Below, one piece after another: positions 17,176 through 27,848 of a stretch of DNA of 64,000 bases. Under the pieces are notes generated by a model that ran no database searches, had not been told where the DNA came from, and was given only the letters and a program-made list of their open reading frames with translations. Origin of the DNA: Candidatus Tayloriibacteriota bacterium (lineage in GTDB: Bacteria > Patescibacteriota > Minisyncoccia > Phycocordibacterales > PALSA-1337); assembly GCA_016215455.1 (NCBI GenBank), contig JACRJP010000003.1, positions 124-64,123 on the forward strand, written 5' to 3'. Position numbers and translations under genes: made by a program. The stretch's first letter is position 1. Each line of letters begins with the position of its first letter.

Positions 17176-20100
17176 TTAATACGTAACTGATCGTAGTATC
17201 ATCTTGCGTGTAATTGGACCGAAATAACCAACAGCGGGTGTAATATTGTTAGCCTTCTGATAACGCACAAGTGCCGCGCGGGTAGCTGGACCAAAATAGA
17301 AAGTTTCATTCCCTGGTGAACCATACCCGGTAGTACTCACAACAAATCCTTGTGAATTCAAAAACTGCTGCAGTATACGTACATCAGCACCAGAAGAATT
17401 CAAAGTAAGACTACGCACAAAGGTAGTAGGTTTAATAGATGGTGAAACAATTTTAGCAGTAGCAACTACTTGAGGTATAGAACTAGTAACCTCTATTGTT
17501 TTGGTCGCTGTAGAATTAACCCGCTCACCTGCTCTACCTCCACCAGAACGTGACGGGGATACAGTTGGTGTTGAAACTGGAGCAGCAGCTGATACTGTAA
17601 GAGTAAATTCTTGAGTATGGTAGAAAGTTTGAGCAGCAGAGAGTGTATCAATGATTTTCACCCGGATCGTTGAAGAAGTGGCAGAAGTTGGAGTACCGGT
17701 AATGCTACCTGTACTCGTATTAAGAGAAAGACCTTCAGGAAGCGTTCCTGAGACGAGTTCGTATGTAACCGTTCCTTGAGAGGAGGTGGCAGTGAAACCT
17801 CCGGAATATGCGGTACCTACAGTACCCGAAGAAAGAGTATCTGAAGCGAAATCAATCATATTAAAGAGAAGGATGCGGCCATAACTATCACTTACAAAGA
17901 GTGTACGGGTAGTTGACGCAAAACTAATGGAACGATTACCATCAAATGAACTGGCTGAGAGCGTACTTTGACCCGTCTGAGTGAAATTTGGTTTACCAAT
18001 AACTGCTACAGCATTTTCTCCATTACTTATCGAATTCACATCAAAAACCATAATGCGATAGTTCCCATTACTACCTGTTGAATCCGATACGTACAGAATT
18101 TTATTCTCATTATCAAATGCCAGATCTTCAACCAACTCAAACTTACTCTGTGTGGTACCTATCGTTGCAGTAGTAAAATTACTTTGTCCCAAAACATACG
18201 ACGCAGACATACCGGTGCTGATACCCGAACTTAAATCGTATACCATAACACGATTCGAATCTCCAATATACAAATAATGAGAGTCCGGATCATACACTGC
18301 ACCATTTGTATTACTCAATGTATCAGCTGTCGGATATCCTCCGGTACCAGCTCCCGTAAGACTTCCTTCACCGAGAACAAAGGAAGCGGGCATATCAGTA
18401 CTCACTCCATCTGAAATATCAAATACGAGCACACCTCGACCCTGATTGTGATCGAAAACGTACAGATAATCATTGTAGTCATCCACTACTACATTATAGG
18501 GATAAAACCGAGTAGCACTCTCTCCTCCACCATATGTATTGAAACTACTTGCCCCAAGTATGTAGGAAGCATTCATGCCGGTGGTAATCCCTGAAGAAAG
18601 ATCGAAGACTCGTATACCGTACTGATTGCCTCCTTCTTGAACAAATAGTAATTTCTGTTTTGAGCTATAGGCAATGTGTTGAGCGTTCGACAAGTGATCT
18701 GGAGTCGTGCTTCCTATTCCTTCTCTATATATAGAGTCAGAACCGAGCACATAATCCGCAACTTTATTAAGGAGTCTGTTATTCGTATCAAGGTTAAAAA
18801 CAAGGACTCGAGCCTGACCATCAAGTACGAATAGACGGTGATCAACCTCATCAATAATTAACTGAGCAGTATCAAGAAAACCCAAACTTAAATTTGCATC
18901 ATTCTCTGCTGGTTTGGTGAAAGAATCTACACCGTTTTCTTTTTGGCCCAATACATCAACAGCATCTTCCCCATTAGTAATTGATGCTACGTCAAAAACA
19001 AGAACTCTGTTGCTTCCTGAATCAGTAACAAAAAGTTTACTTCCATAATAATGCAAATATGGCTGACCTATTGTCGAAGCATCAGTATTGTACGAATCAA
19101 TACTCAGGACATCGTTCTTCTTATCAATATTGCTCACAAAATCATCTTGACCCAATACATTAACCGCTGGTTCACCATCGCTCAAGGTAGCGATATCAAA
19201 GACTAAAACACGATTCACCGTCCCGACATAGAGTCTTTGTCCTATCAAATCAAGAGCAAGTGAATATACCGAACTTGAAAGTGTCGAACTATTGACCGTA
19301 GTACTTGTTGCAGCAAAATTCGCCTGACCGAGCACATAGATTGCATCAGGATTATTCGATATAATGCCAGGATTAACATCGAATACAGTAACTCGACCAC
19401 CATCACCTGCATAGCTTCCTACGTAGAGATAATCTGTATCTGTGTCGTATACGATACCTTGTGCCTGAAGGGTTGAACTGGCATTAAGAGAATCAAAATC
19501 TCCACCTTCAGTATCAAAATCGGGCTGTCCTATTACAAATGAAGCATCCATTCCATCAGTAATTCCCACCGACAGATCAAATACTGAAATTCTTCCAAAG
19601 CTATTATCAGCATAAAAAAGGCGATCATTATTTGGGTCATATGCCATTCCACCTGTATATGAAGTATTTGAAGCTGAAATCGTACCCTCTCCTGCTGTAG
19701 TAAGGTTTGGTGCACCAAGCACATGTATAGCATTTTCACCATTTGTAATGGTAGCGACATCAAATATCAGAACTCTATAGTTACCACTATCGCTCACAAA
19801 AAGTCTTTGACCTGATTCATCAAGTGCTAATTGTGTCGAAGCACCATTTTGGTAAAAATTTGCAGCAGTAACATCTTCAGAACAAAAATTTGAAACAAGA
19901 TTTGACCCACCAAGAACATAGTCAGCGGTATCATCTTCAAGTTCATTGCTTGTATTAAGACTGAAGATCAATATTCTACAGTTTTGTCCATCAGCGATAT
20001 AGAGACGATGATTTGTTCCGTCAAGAACAATACCACCAGGATCACTAAATCCAACCGCATTGGGTCCTTTACCATATGAATATTGATTTGTGAAATTCGG

Positions 20101-20214
20101 ACTTCCGTCTGAATTAAATTGCCCAAGTACATCAGAAGCTTGAAAATCAGCACGGGATTCTATGGGTAAAACGGACACAAACAACAGAATTAAAAAGATA
20201 AACAATCTGTACAT
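17176..20214 (-). CDS. Large secreted NHL/beta-propeller repeat protein with Ig (He_PIG-like) and C-terminal peptidoglycan-binding domains
   Basis: Many repeats of RLFVSDSGN.RVL.FD...I..GE.A..VLGQ..F; SGTLPEGLSLNTSTGSITGTPT; C-terminal LQQFLN...YFGPATRAALVRYQ...GYFGPITR. Confidence 0.85.
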   Translation of the reverse strand: MYRLFIFLILLFVSVLPIESRADFQASDVLGQFNSDGSPNFTNQYSYGKGPNAVGFSDPGGIVLDGTNHRLYIADGQNCRILIFSLNTSNELEDDTADYVLGGSNLVSNFCSEDVTAANFYQNGASTQLALDESGQRLFVSDSGNYRVLIFDVATITNGENAIHVLGAPNLTTAGEGTISASNTSYTGGMAYDPNNDRLFYADNSFGRISVFDLSVGITDGMDASFVIGQPDFDTEGGDFDSLNASSTLQAQGIVYDTDTDYLYVGSYAGDGGRVTVFDVNPGIISNNPDAIYVLGQANFAATSTTVNSSTLSSSVYSLALDLIGQRLYVGTVNRVLVFDIATLSDGEPAVNVLGQDDFVSNIDKKNDVLSIDSYNTDASTIGQPYLHYYGSKLFVTDSGSNRVLVFDVASITNGEDAVDVLGQKENGVDSFTKPAENDANLSLGFLDTAQLIIDEVDHRLFVLDGQARVLVFNLDTNNRLLNKVADYVLGSDSIYREGIGSTTPDHLSNAQHIAYSSKQKLLFVQEGGNQYGIRVFDLSSGITTGMNASYILGASSFNTYGGGESATRFYPYNVVVDDYNDYLYVFDHNQGRGVLVFDISDGVSTDMPASFVLGEGSLTGAGTGGYPTADTLSNTNGAVYDPDSHYLYIGDSNRVMVYDLSSGISTGMSASYVLGQSNFTTATIGTTQSKFELVEDLAFDNENKILYVSDSTGSNGNYRIMVFDVNSISNGENAVAVIGKPNFTQTGQSTLSASSFDGNRSISFASTTRTLFVSDSYGRILLFNMIDFASDTLSSGTVGTAYSGGFTATSSQGTVTYELVSGTLPEGLSLNTSTGSITGTPTSATSSTIRVKIIDTLSAAQTFYHTQEFTLTVSAAAPVSTPTVSPSRSGGGRAGERVNSTATKTIEVTSSIPQVVATAKIVSPSIKPTTFVRSLTLNSSGADVRILQQFLNSQGFVVSTTGYGSPGNETFYFGPATRAALVRYQKANNITPAVGYFGPITRKMILRSVTY

Positions 20215-20265
20215 TTATATCCTAAATATACCACGTGATCGTAACAAAAAACAAACTAATTAACT

Positions 20266-21366
20266 CTACTCCATCGGTACGAGTTCACCATTCTTAACAT
20301 GTGTAATCACCATTGGCTGAATTCGTATACCATTATCATCGAATGATATTGCACCAGAAACTCCATCAGGGTTGTTTGTTGCCTGAATATTCTGTAACCA
20401 TTGTTCCGTATTAGTACTATATGTCTGAAGTCCAACATTAATCATATCGAATGCAAAGTCTGCCAAGAAACCTGGCTCAGAATTATATTTCTCTTTAAAC
20501 AACTTAATAAACTCACTTGTCTTTCCTGACTTAAACCACATCGACTTTGCACCATTGATCTTATTTGCATCACCGAGGATTCGTTGATAGTCTGCAAAAC
20601 CTGTCTGAAGTTGTGCATCATATGCGAATATAGGGGCTTTCTTAGCAATGGTAAGAATTTCTTTGGTAAGGATTGCTCCGTTTTCAGGACTTTCAATAAC
20701 CATCACAGCATCATAATTTCCTCCAGCTATCTTGATAGCAATTCCACGAAGATCTGTTCTGTTATTAACAACAAACGGTGTAAAGTCATGACCATAGTTT
20801 TTCTTAAACACATTGAAGAAATCGATTTGTGCAGCACCATTGTCATATACCACAGCAACTTTCTTGGTAATAAAATCTGACTGCTGACCAAGATATGTAG
20901 CAAGATAACCTATAGGAGCATCTGCCGTAGGGCTAAACTGAAAAATATTATCACGAGCAACACCTACTGTTTGGACACCGAGTTGAATCACAGGGATACC
21001 AGTCTTTACCACATCTTCATGAATAGCATCGATAACTGGAGTAGAAAGCATGAAGATAATATCGACGTTATCAATACCGACAAGCTTCTTGTATGCACTC
21101 ACACCTTTCTTTACCTCATATCCATCATCTTCGGTAATTACCTTAAGAGTTACCGTAGGATGCTCTTTCTTATACTGATCAATAGCAAGATTCATACCTT
21201 TAAGCATGTTTTGACCAGCAGCTCCATAATCACCAGTCAATGGCAACATGAGACCGATAGTGATATTTTGGGCTGTATTGGGTCCTGATGTGCGTGTAAC
21301 TGCAAATACTCCAAGTACAATCACAAGCACAATTCCTAAAATGATTATAATTTTATTTGTTTTCAT
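20266..21366 (-). CDS. ABC transporter substrate-binding protein (branched-chain amino acid/LivJ-like)
   Basis: N-terminal anchor; IGLMLPLTGDYGAAG, EDD, GVSGAISFDDNG. Confidence 0.85.
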   Translation of the reverse strand: MKTNKIIIILGIVLVIVLGVFAVTRTSGPNTAQNITIGLMLPLTGDYGAAGQNMLKGMNLAIDQYKKEHPTVTLKVITEDDGYEVKKGVSAYKKLVGIDNVDIIFMLSTPVIDAIHEDVVKTGIPVIQLGVQTVGVARDNIFQFSPTADAPIGYLATYLGQQSDFITKKVAVVYDNGAAQIDFFNVFKKNYGHDFTPFVVNNRTDLRGIAIKIAGGNYDAVMVIESPENGAILTKEILTIAKKAPIFAYDAQLQTGFADYQRILGDANKINGAKSMWFKSGKTSEFIKLFKEKYNSEPGFLADFAFDMINVGLQTYSTNTEQWLQNIQATNNPDGVSGAISFDDNGIRIQPMVITHVKNGELVPME

Positions 21367-21487
21367 ATGTTTGTATATTCACGTATGCGTACAGTATAAC
21401 AATCACGTAGTTGACAGACAATTATTTTAATTAGATAGTTTATTTCACCATTCTAGCCTTATTTAGGGCTATATTTGTGATACTACT

Positions 21488-21516
21488 TTGACTAATTTTT
21501 CGACATAATCTATACT
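21488..21516 (+). promoter_or_regulatory. Sigma70 promoter for a leaderless TrmB-like gene
   Basis: TTGACT-17-TATACT, then 6 nt, then ATG at 21523. Confidence 0.75.
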
Positions 21517-21522
21517 ATATCC

Positions 21523-22344
21523 ATGGAATTTACGACAAAGAATGCCCTACTGTGGGGTTTAGACAAGTACGATATCACCATACTCAAACACCTTTCATCT
21601 CATGAAGGAACTATTGTACATATTGCCCAAGCTACAGGTATACCTCGTACTTCCCTCTACTACATGCTTCCCAAGCTCGAACAGCGAGGTTTTGTGACTT
21701 CATGGAAGAAAGAAAAGAAAACGTTCTGGAAATTAGCGAATATAGACGATATTCAGAAAAAATATCATGACAGTATGAATATTGCTATGGTACCAACAGA
21801 AACAATCATGCCGGTATCTGATACCACTTCCCTTGAGATATATAGGGGTAAGAAAAATGTTCTCCATGCATGGAAACAAATCGCTAACCTACCTCCTAAA
21901 AGTCGTGTTCTTGGTATTCAACCAGAACAATCACTCCTCATGGCTGTTACCAAGAACAACATACAAGATGTTGTTACGTTCAATGAAACAGTCAAAAGAA
22001 AGCAGATCATCGTTGAAGGAATCATTCATAAGCGAGGGACTGATTCAATGTATAAAGTTCTCTCGAAGAAAGACGGACTACTTCTTCTCAAGAGTTTTGC
22101 TGGACGAACAGCAGATACTTCAGAACTCCCTGACCAACTTCTAACTAACACCACCGCTGAGATGTATTTGTATGGTGACAAAATTGCGATTGTAAATTGG
22201 AAAGAAGAACTATGTGTCATCATTAGAAATAAAGACGTCAATGAACTTATGAAGACAATGTTTGCTTCAACCAAATACCTCCTCAAGAAATACGATCAAA
22301 ATGAAAAGATTGCTCAGAGGTTGGTAGATTTTGGGATGAGATAG
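21523..22344 (+). CDS. TrmB family transcriptional regulator
   Basis: IAQATGIPRTSLYYMLPKLEQRGFV HTH; YRGK; EMYLYGDKIAIV. Confidence 0.85.
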   Translation: MEFTTKNALLWGLDKYDITILKHLSSHEGTIVHIAQATGIPRTSLYYMLPKLEQRGFVTSWKKEKKTFWKLANIDDIQKKYHDSMNIAMVPTETIMPVSDTTSLEIYRGKKNVLHAWKQIANLPPKSRVLGIQPEQSLLMAVTKNNIQDVVTFNETVKRKQIIVEGIIHKRGTDSMYKVLSKKDGLLLLKSFAGRTADTSELPDQLLTNTTAEMYLYGDKIAIVNWKEELCVIIRNKDVNELMKTMFASTKYLLKKYDQNEKIAQRLVDFGMR

Positions 22345-22362
22345 TATGTCAAAATATTTTAG

Positions 22363-23265
22363 TTAAATCCCAAGTAACACCTCGTATTTCGCAACCAATT
22401 TTTCAGCAGCACTTCGGTTATCTCCTCCCTTCTGGTAATCCTCGACGATTTCAGCGAAACCTGAGAGCAGAGCATTACTGACGAGTCGTTGGTACGAGAG
22501 TTTATGTCCTGACTCTTTTTCATACTCAGAGACAATATACTGAAAATAATCTGGATAATCTCGAATGTAACGAGAAAATTCTTTAGCTATTTCTCCATAT
22601 TCAGCATTACCAAAATCAATAATCCCTGAAATCTTTGTATCTTTAACAATTACATTTTCATGATGGGCGTCATTGTGAATAAACTGAAATACACCACCAC
22701 TCAAAGTCTCATCAAATATAGCCTTGGCTTTTTGTACAAGAATCCTAAACTTTTCAGGCACAGTAGCGTCAACCACCAATCGATTATATTCCTCTTGCAC
22801 TTCTGGATGTAGCCCCATCGACATGTCGATCTTTATTCCAATATCTCGTGCCATCTCTTTGGTAAACTTTTTACCTATTTCTGCGTGAAATATCCCAAGT
22901 GTCCGACAAAGTGCGGTCTTTTCATCTTCTGAAAATGACCCCCAAACAGTCCTCATCATGTCCCCTTCAACATACTCATATCCATACACAACAGGATTTT
23001 CTGAGATAAAGACAACGCGCGGGGTTGGAGTCGCTAGGCCAAGATTGCATAAGTGCTGTGCAACGGTAGCCTCTACCCCCAAACTATTTTGGGGTTCAAA
23101 TTCCTTAATCTCCCTTTCTTGTTTAACAACATATTTCTTACCATCACCTGTTTCAACATAATATGCATAATTTACGGCACCTTTTCCCTTGAGCACAAAG
23201 CGAGTGATTTCCTTACCCAAGAGTGTTTGAATGTGGGTTTTTAAGATCTCGAGATTAGTATTCAT
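22363..23265 (-). CDS. Aminoglycoside/choline phosphotransferase (APH) family kinase
   Basis: HNDAHHENV and IIDFG. Confidence 0.85.
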   Translation of the reverse strand: MNTNLEILKTHIQTLLGKEITRFVLKGKGAVNYAYYVETGDGKKYVVKQEREIKEFEPQNSLGVEATVAQHLCNLGLATPTPRVVFISENPVVYGYEYVEGDMMRTVWGSFSEDEKTALCRTLGIFHAEIGKKFTKEMARDIGIKIDMSMGLHPEVQEEYNRLVVDATVPEKFRILVQKAKAIFDETLSGGVFQFIHNDAHHENVIVKDTKISGIIDFGNAEYGEIAKEFSRYIRDYPDYFQYIVSEYEKESGHKLSYQRLVSNALLSGFAEIVEDYQKGGDNRSAAEKLVAKYEVLLGI

Positions 23266-23277
23266 AGATATCAGATC

Positions 23278-23604
23278 TTAAAGAAGTTGAGAACCCGACA
23301 CTAAATGAAAATGTAGATGTTTAGAATCCTGAAATTCTCCTCCGTTTGTGATTATTTTATAGTTAGAACTATTTAGATTGTACTTATTGATCAGATCTTT
23401 TGCAATAGAAAATATTTCTTCAATTACAGACAAGCTATTCATATCAGAAATAGAAACCACATGTTGCTTTGGTACAATCACAATATGTAATGTCCAACTC
23501 GGTCGAGTATGCCGAAATGCTAATACTGTGGCGGTTTCAGCTTCTTTGATTACCGAGATCTTGTTATTTAAAACAAAATCACAGTAGAAATCTTTTGTGT
23601 CCAT
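23278..23604 (-). CDS. HIT family nucleotide hydrolase
   Basis: HIVIVPKQH and HLHFH; start MDTKDF 6 nt after TATAAT. Confidence 0.9.
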   Translation of the reverse strand: MDTKDFYCDFVLNNKISVIKEAETATVLAFRHTRPSWTLHIVIVPKQHVVSISDMNSLSVIEEIFSIAKDLINKYNLNSSNYKIITNGGEFQDSKHLHFHLVSGSQLL

Positions 23605-23687
23605 AGATATATTATACTCGATTATTGATCTTCTGACTGTATTCAAAACCTGTTGAATACTCCTTTAATTTGCTACTATGACATCAT

Positions 23688-24167
23688 ATGAAATCAACTA
23701 TTCGCTTTAGTGCTAAGTTTTTAGACAACCGTATACTTCTACCTAAGAATATAAGTGCAGTACTTCCATCACAAAGTACAATAAACATTGAGGGGATCAT
23801 TAATAGTTATGCTTTTCGAGCTCATATCGAAACGAATAGTAAAAGGGATCATTGTATTAAAATCACCACAACCATACAAAAGACCACGGGAATAGACGAG
23901 GAAAAACCCGTACTCGTAGAAATCACACGTATCGCAGATGAATCAGAAACTCGAGTTCCAGCAGATCTACGAAAAGCCCTTGCCACCGTTCCACGAGCAC
24001 AGGCACTATGGAATGACATCACCCCGCTCGCCCGTCGAGATTGGATTTTCTGGATGATCTCAGGTAAAAAAGAAGAAACTCGCACAATCCGTATCAAAAA
24101 AATGATTGACATGCTCTCATCAGGAAAGCGTCGAGTATGCTGCTTTGCAGGGATACAGTGGTTGTAA
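23688..24167 (+). CDS. YdeI/OmpD-associated (DUF1905 plus OmdA) protein
   Basis: VPADLRKAL...WNDITPLARRDWIFWM...KKEETR. Confidence 0.85.
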   Translation: MKSTIRFSAKFLDNRILLPKNISAVLPSQSTINIEGIINSYAFRAHIETNSKRDHCIKITTTIQKTTGIDEEKPVLVEITRIADESETRVPADLRKALATVPRAQALWNDITPLARRDWIFWMISGKKEETRTIRIKKMIDMLSSGKRRVCCFAGIQWL

Positions 24168-24174
24168 AAAGTAT

Positions 24175-24693
24175 CTAGAAAAGAGTAATAACTCTTTGAA
24201 GTGTTTCGTCTACATCCCCATCCGCATTTACCACTACGGCACCCTCTTTCATCAAAGCCGTTTCAAATGGATTTTTTAACTCAAGTATCCAATCCTGCAT
24301 TTTTGGGTCTCGAGCAAAATCGTGGGTTGTCCTCGTAGAGAGACGATGTTTTATTATTTCAGGACTTGCTTGAAGTAGGATAACCTCATCAAACAAAGGA
24401 ACAATATCATGTATATTTGTTGCCGTACCACAGTAGAAAGCAATTTCATTTGTTTCGTGTGCAATCAATTCTGATAATTTTTCCTTATTACATGAAAAAA
24501 TAAGATATTTGATCTGATCAAGATTGTTCGTATCCCATTCCGTAAGTATTTCACCCGTTCTCGAATCTATTGTAGTAAACATGCCAGGAATATCTTCGAT
24601 ATCATGTACTACATAGCCAGAAGCCCGCAACTTCTTTCCCAAAGTTGATTTACCTGACCCGGACATTCCTGTAATAAGAATTGATTTTTTCAT
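24175..24693 (-). CDS. P-loop small-molecule/nucleotide kinase (AAA_18-like)
   Basis: ITGMSGSGKST and RLSTR lid motif. Confidence 0.8.
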   Translation of the reverse strand: MKKSILITGMSGSGKSTLGKKLRASGYVVHDIEDIPGMFTTIDSRTGEILTEWDTNNLDQIKYLIFSCNKEKLSELIAHETNEIAFYCGTATNIHDIVPLFDEVILLQASPEIIKHRLSTRTTHDFARDPKMQDWILELKNPFETALMKEGAVVVNADGDVDETLQRVITLF

Positions 24694-24705
24694 TTTTAGA
24701 GGTGT

Positions 24706-25266
24706 CTAAAGATTAAAGACTGTCCAATTATCAGGATTCTCTGATTCAGAAAGGGTTTTCTCTTTTACAATCGCCAGAACCAGGTCTGTAATATTCCCTT
24801 CCAAACCATTCATCTCTGGAATATATTTTAGAGTATCTTCTTTGGTATTTGAATCAATCCCATTAGCAACAGTTAGGTGTGGTCTAAAGTTTAACTCATA
24901 CTCTCTTGTTGTTTCGCTACAATACGTATCAAATTCTCTCAATACATCCACCAAAGCTTTCTGTAATTTGAATACTGATTGATTTTCCCTAATAAACGAC
25001 ATAAGAATATACTCTGTATCATCTTCATCCCATTCTAATTTTGTTACATCAAAAAAGATCTTCTTATCCTCTACCTTAAATATATTTTCACCTAAAACTT
25101 TAGTAATTCGATCTTTTACATCCTGAATTTTACTTTCGTCTATATATCGAGGTTGTATCAGCGTTATATGTAAGATAGATGTTGACGAATGCTTACTTCG
25201 AAAATCATCAAACCATTCTGGTTTAGTAGTTAAATTTAATCTCAGATAAATTGCAAAAATCTTCAT
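24706..25266 (-). CDS. 2H phosphoesterase (2'-5' RNA ligase family)
   Basis: Two HxT motifs, HITL and PHLTV. Confidence 0.85.
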   Translation of the reverse strand: MKIFAIYLRLNLTTKPEWFDDFRSKHSSTSILHITLIQPRYIDESKIQDVKDRITKVLGENIFKVEDKKIFFDVTKLEWDEDDTEYILMSFIRENQSVFKLQKALVDVLREFDTYCSETTREYELNFRPHLTVANGIDSNTKEDTLKYIPEMNGLEGNITDLVLAIVKEKTLSESENPDNWTVFNL

Positions 25267-25284
25267 ATAGCGATTATATCAGTT

Positions 25285-25788
25285 TCATTCTACACCAGCA
25301 TCCGTCTCTGCCTTTACTTCTAAGGCCCGAGCAATTATATGCTCCCCTATCTCACCCCAATCGAAATATTTCTTATAATCTTTCGGATCAATCAATTCTA
25401 TTTTTGTAATATCTCCATCAGGATCAGTGATAAATGGTCCGTACGGTTCAACAATACACACCGATCGAGTCTGTGACTTAATTCCCTGCGGTTCACTAAT
25501 ATCTTGATACCCGATCAGTCGTTGTTGAAGAACCTTCATATTTGTTTCCTCTTTTACTTCTCTTGAAACAGCTTCACAAATAGTTTCACCTTCTTCAACA
25601 CCACCTCCTGGTGGAGTCCAGTACCCTTTATTTTCTGCATATACAACTACGAGTTTGTCTTTATAAAAGCAATACGCATGAACTCCTTGTATCTTCTTAT
25701 CACCAAGATCACGTTCATCATTGATATCGTTATATATCACACCCACGGTCTGCCCTAATTGATTTATGAAGTGTGATTGTATTTGCAT
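25285..25788 (-). CDS. NUDIX hydrolase
   Basis: PGGGVEEGETICEAVSREVKEET. Confidence 0.92.
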   Translation of the reverse strand: MQIQSHFINQLGQTVGVIYNDINDERDLGDKKIQGVHAYCFYKDKLVVVYAENKGYWTPPGGGVEEGETICEAVSREVKEETNMKVLQQRLIGYQDISEPQGIKSQTRSVCIVEPYGPFITDPDGDITKIELIDPKDYKKYFDWGEIGEHIIARALEVKAETDAGVE

Positions 25789-25813
25789 TGAATGGATGTT
25801 AGAAAACCAGAAC

Positions 25814-26518
25814 TTATTTCGAACAAACTTTAATAAAATTATCTAGAAAATCCTTCCATACCGAAATTGAAGTAAGTTCCTCAGGATGCCATTGTACTCC
25901 GATCGCATAGGGATACCCAGTCATCTCAACAGCTTCAATAAGTCCATCGGGAGAATGTCCTGTAGCCACAAGATCTTTTCCTAATGTCTTAATCCCTTGA
26001 TGATGTAAACTATTAACTTCGATAGTATCTTTTCCAACCAAACTATGGATTTTTGAATTTCCTTCCAAAGATACATTATGAACGAGTAATGATCGAGGTA
26101 GTAGTTGAAGATTTTCTTCATGCCAATCATGTCGTGCACCACCATTCATCTCTTGTTCAATATCCTGATATAGGGTTCCTCCTAATTTAACGTTTAAAAT
26201 TTGTAGACCTCTGCAAATACCAAGAATTGGTAATTTTCTCTCCATTGCCTTATCAATCAAATACATCTCGAGTATATCTCGTTCATCATGAGGAGGTTGA
26301 GTATGGCTTTTTCTTTCCTCACCATAGAGCATTGGATTGACATCATTACCGCCTGGTAACAACACACCATCAGCCTGATCTATATATGTATCAACATCTT
26401 GATTAGACTCAAGCATCTGAAGGATTCCCCCAGCATGTTCAATTGCCTCCTGATATTTTGTATTCACCTCACCAGTTTTCTTGAGAGTTTTATATGAAAG
26501 GATAAGCGGTTTTTTCAT
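25814..26518 (-). CDS. Peptidase C26/gamma-glutamyl-gamma-aminobutyrate hydrolase family
   Basis: LPGGNDV, GICRGLQ, NSLHHQ and VQWHPE. Confidence 0.9.
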   Translation of the reverse strand: MKKPLILSYKTLKKTGEVNTKYQEAIEHAGGILQMLESNQDVDTYIDQADGVLLPGGNDVNPMLYGEERKSHTQPPHDERDILEMYLIDKAMERKLPILGICRGLQILNVKLGGTLYQDIEQEMNGGARHDWHEENLQLLPRSLLVHNVSLEGNSKIHSLVGKDTIEVNSLHHQGIKTLGKDLVATGHSPDGLIEAVEMTGYPYAIGVQWHPEELTSISVWKDFLDNFIKVCSK

Positions 26519-26546
26519 GTTCTTATACTATCATATGCTGGCTTCT

Positions 26547-27086
26547 TTATTTTTGTATAAGCTTAAGAGTTGGAAGTACAGTACTTTCTTCAATATTTCC
26601 AGGAACAATTAAACTAAATACTTTCTTTTCTTTCTTATACACTATCGTGTAAATATATCCCCATGGAGCATGCTCGAGATTTTCCATATTATGTTTAATA
26701 ACAATCGCTCCTGGAATTAAGTCTGTATATACTTTCTCTTTTGTTGTCGCTAATTCTTTTTCGTAATCATAATATGCATTGGCATATGTTGTATAAATTC
26801 CAAATGAAGACCCTCCCTCTACGTTGTCACAATTGTACATACGAGGATCATTATCATCTGTGGGTGCAACATACCAACCCTTAGGAATCTCTATAGAATA
26901 ACCAAGTTTGGTGTTTATATATGTGTATGCTGTTTCAGTCTTTGTATAGTCTTCAAAATAAGGACATTTTGGTTTAGAACTTACAAATGTTCTTTCTGTT
27001 TCATGATCTGAAAAGATATACGGTCCTGAGGAGATCGCAATGAGAACGATGATAAGAAAAGTGAGTGTTGTGATTTCTTTCTTCAT
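26547..27086 (-). CDS. Membrane-anchored hypothetical protein (possibly PsbP-like fold)
   Basis: N-terminal TM; TYINTKLGYSIEIPKGW. Confidence 0.55.
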   Translation of the reverse strand: MKKEITTLTFLIIVLIAISSGPYIFSDHETERTFVSSKPKCPYFEDYTKTETAYTYINTKLGYSIEIPKGWYVAPTDDNDPRMYNCDNVEGGSSFGIYTTYANAYYDYEKELATTKEKVYTDLIPGAIVIKHNMENLEHAPWGYIYTIVYKKEKKVFSLIVPGNIEESTVLPTLKLIQK

Positions 27087-27101
27087 AGTGTCTTTAATCT
27101 T

Positions 27102-27722
27102 CTACAAAATAACATTTTCTAATTCCCCTGGAGTATGCGCAACATAATCGGGATTTCTTGATCTTAATTTTTGCTCACTAGTAAACCCCCACGTAACTGC
27201 AACGCTTTTGATTCCTACCTGCTTAGCCACATCTATTTCATGGTTACTGTCTCCAACAAAAAATGTATCTTCCAGATGCAAATTATTTTCTTTAATTATT
27301 GTTTGAACTGGTTCCAATTTATCATTTGCATCGGTGACAATTTTACTAAAGACATTTTCTAATCCATACCCTTTCACCTCAGGAAGCAGTGTTTCCGGGA
27401 AATCAGAACTTACCACAGTAAGAAAATAACCTTTGTCCTTACATTTATGTATAAGTTGTACTACTTCAGGAAATTGAGTTGCAGCTGGACAATCTTTGTC
27501 TAATTGTAATTCCTGAAATAACTTTGAACGTTCAGCCTCGTCATAACCTTCAGGTAGATACTTTTGGTAGAAAAGAGCAGGTGGTTGTCTCCAATTTTCT
27601 CTAAATTCTTCCGTAGTTATCTCCTTTACTCCATATTTCTTAAATATGTGATTAACAATCCACATCTGGTTCGTTACTGTATCTCTCACTACACCTGACC
27701 AATCAAAAATTATATTTTTCAT
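27102..27722 (-). CDS. HAD family hydrolase
   Basis: IIFDWSGVV, VVSS, FVGDSNHEI and VTWGF. Confidence 0.88.
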   Translation of the reverse strand: MKNIIFDWSGVVRDTVTNQMWIVNHIFKKYGVKEITTEEFRENWRQPPALFYQKYLPEGYDEAERSKLFQELQLDKDCPAATQFPEVVQLIHKCKDKGYFLTVVSSDFPETLLPEVKGYGLENVFSKIVTDANDKLEPVQTIIKENNLHLEDTFFVGDSNHEIDVAKQVGIKSVAVTWGFTSEQKLRSRNPDYVAHTPGELENVIL

Positions 27723-27726
27723 GTTG

Positions 27727-27797
27727 CTGCCAGACTTGGAATCGAACCAAGATTAGAAGCTTCAAAGGCTCCTGTCCTACCATTAGACGATCTGGCA
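27727..27797 (-). tRNA. tRNA-Gln (TTG)
   Basis: Acceptor TGCCAGA/TCTGGCA; anticodon arm GGAGC-CTTTGAA-GCTTC; T-loop TTCGATT; no encoded CCA. Confidence 0.95.
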
Positions 27798-27848
27798 ATA
27801 AGGGCACACTTACTTCCGAAGGAAGGCTCTTCGGGCATCACTACAATA

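Noticed and set aside
22345-27722. Integron cassette array
   Set aside because: The gaps are too short for attC sites; no integrase or duplicated tRNA 3' end was seen.
27801-27840. SRP RNA-like CCGAAGGAAG near dnaX
   Set aside because: The flanking conserved SRP helix residues are missing and the space is too short.
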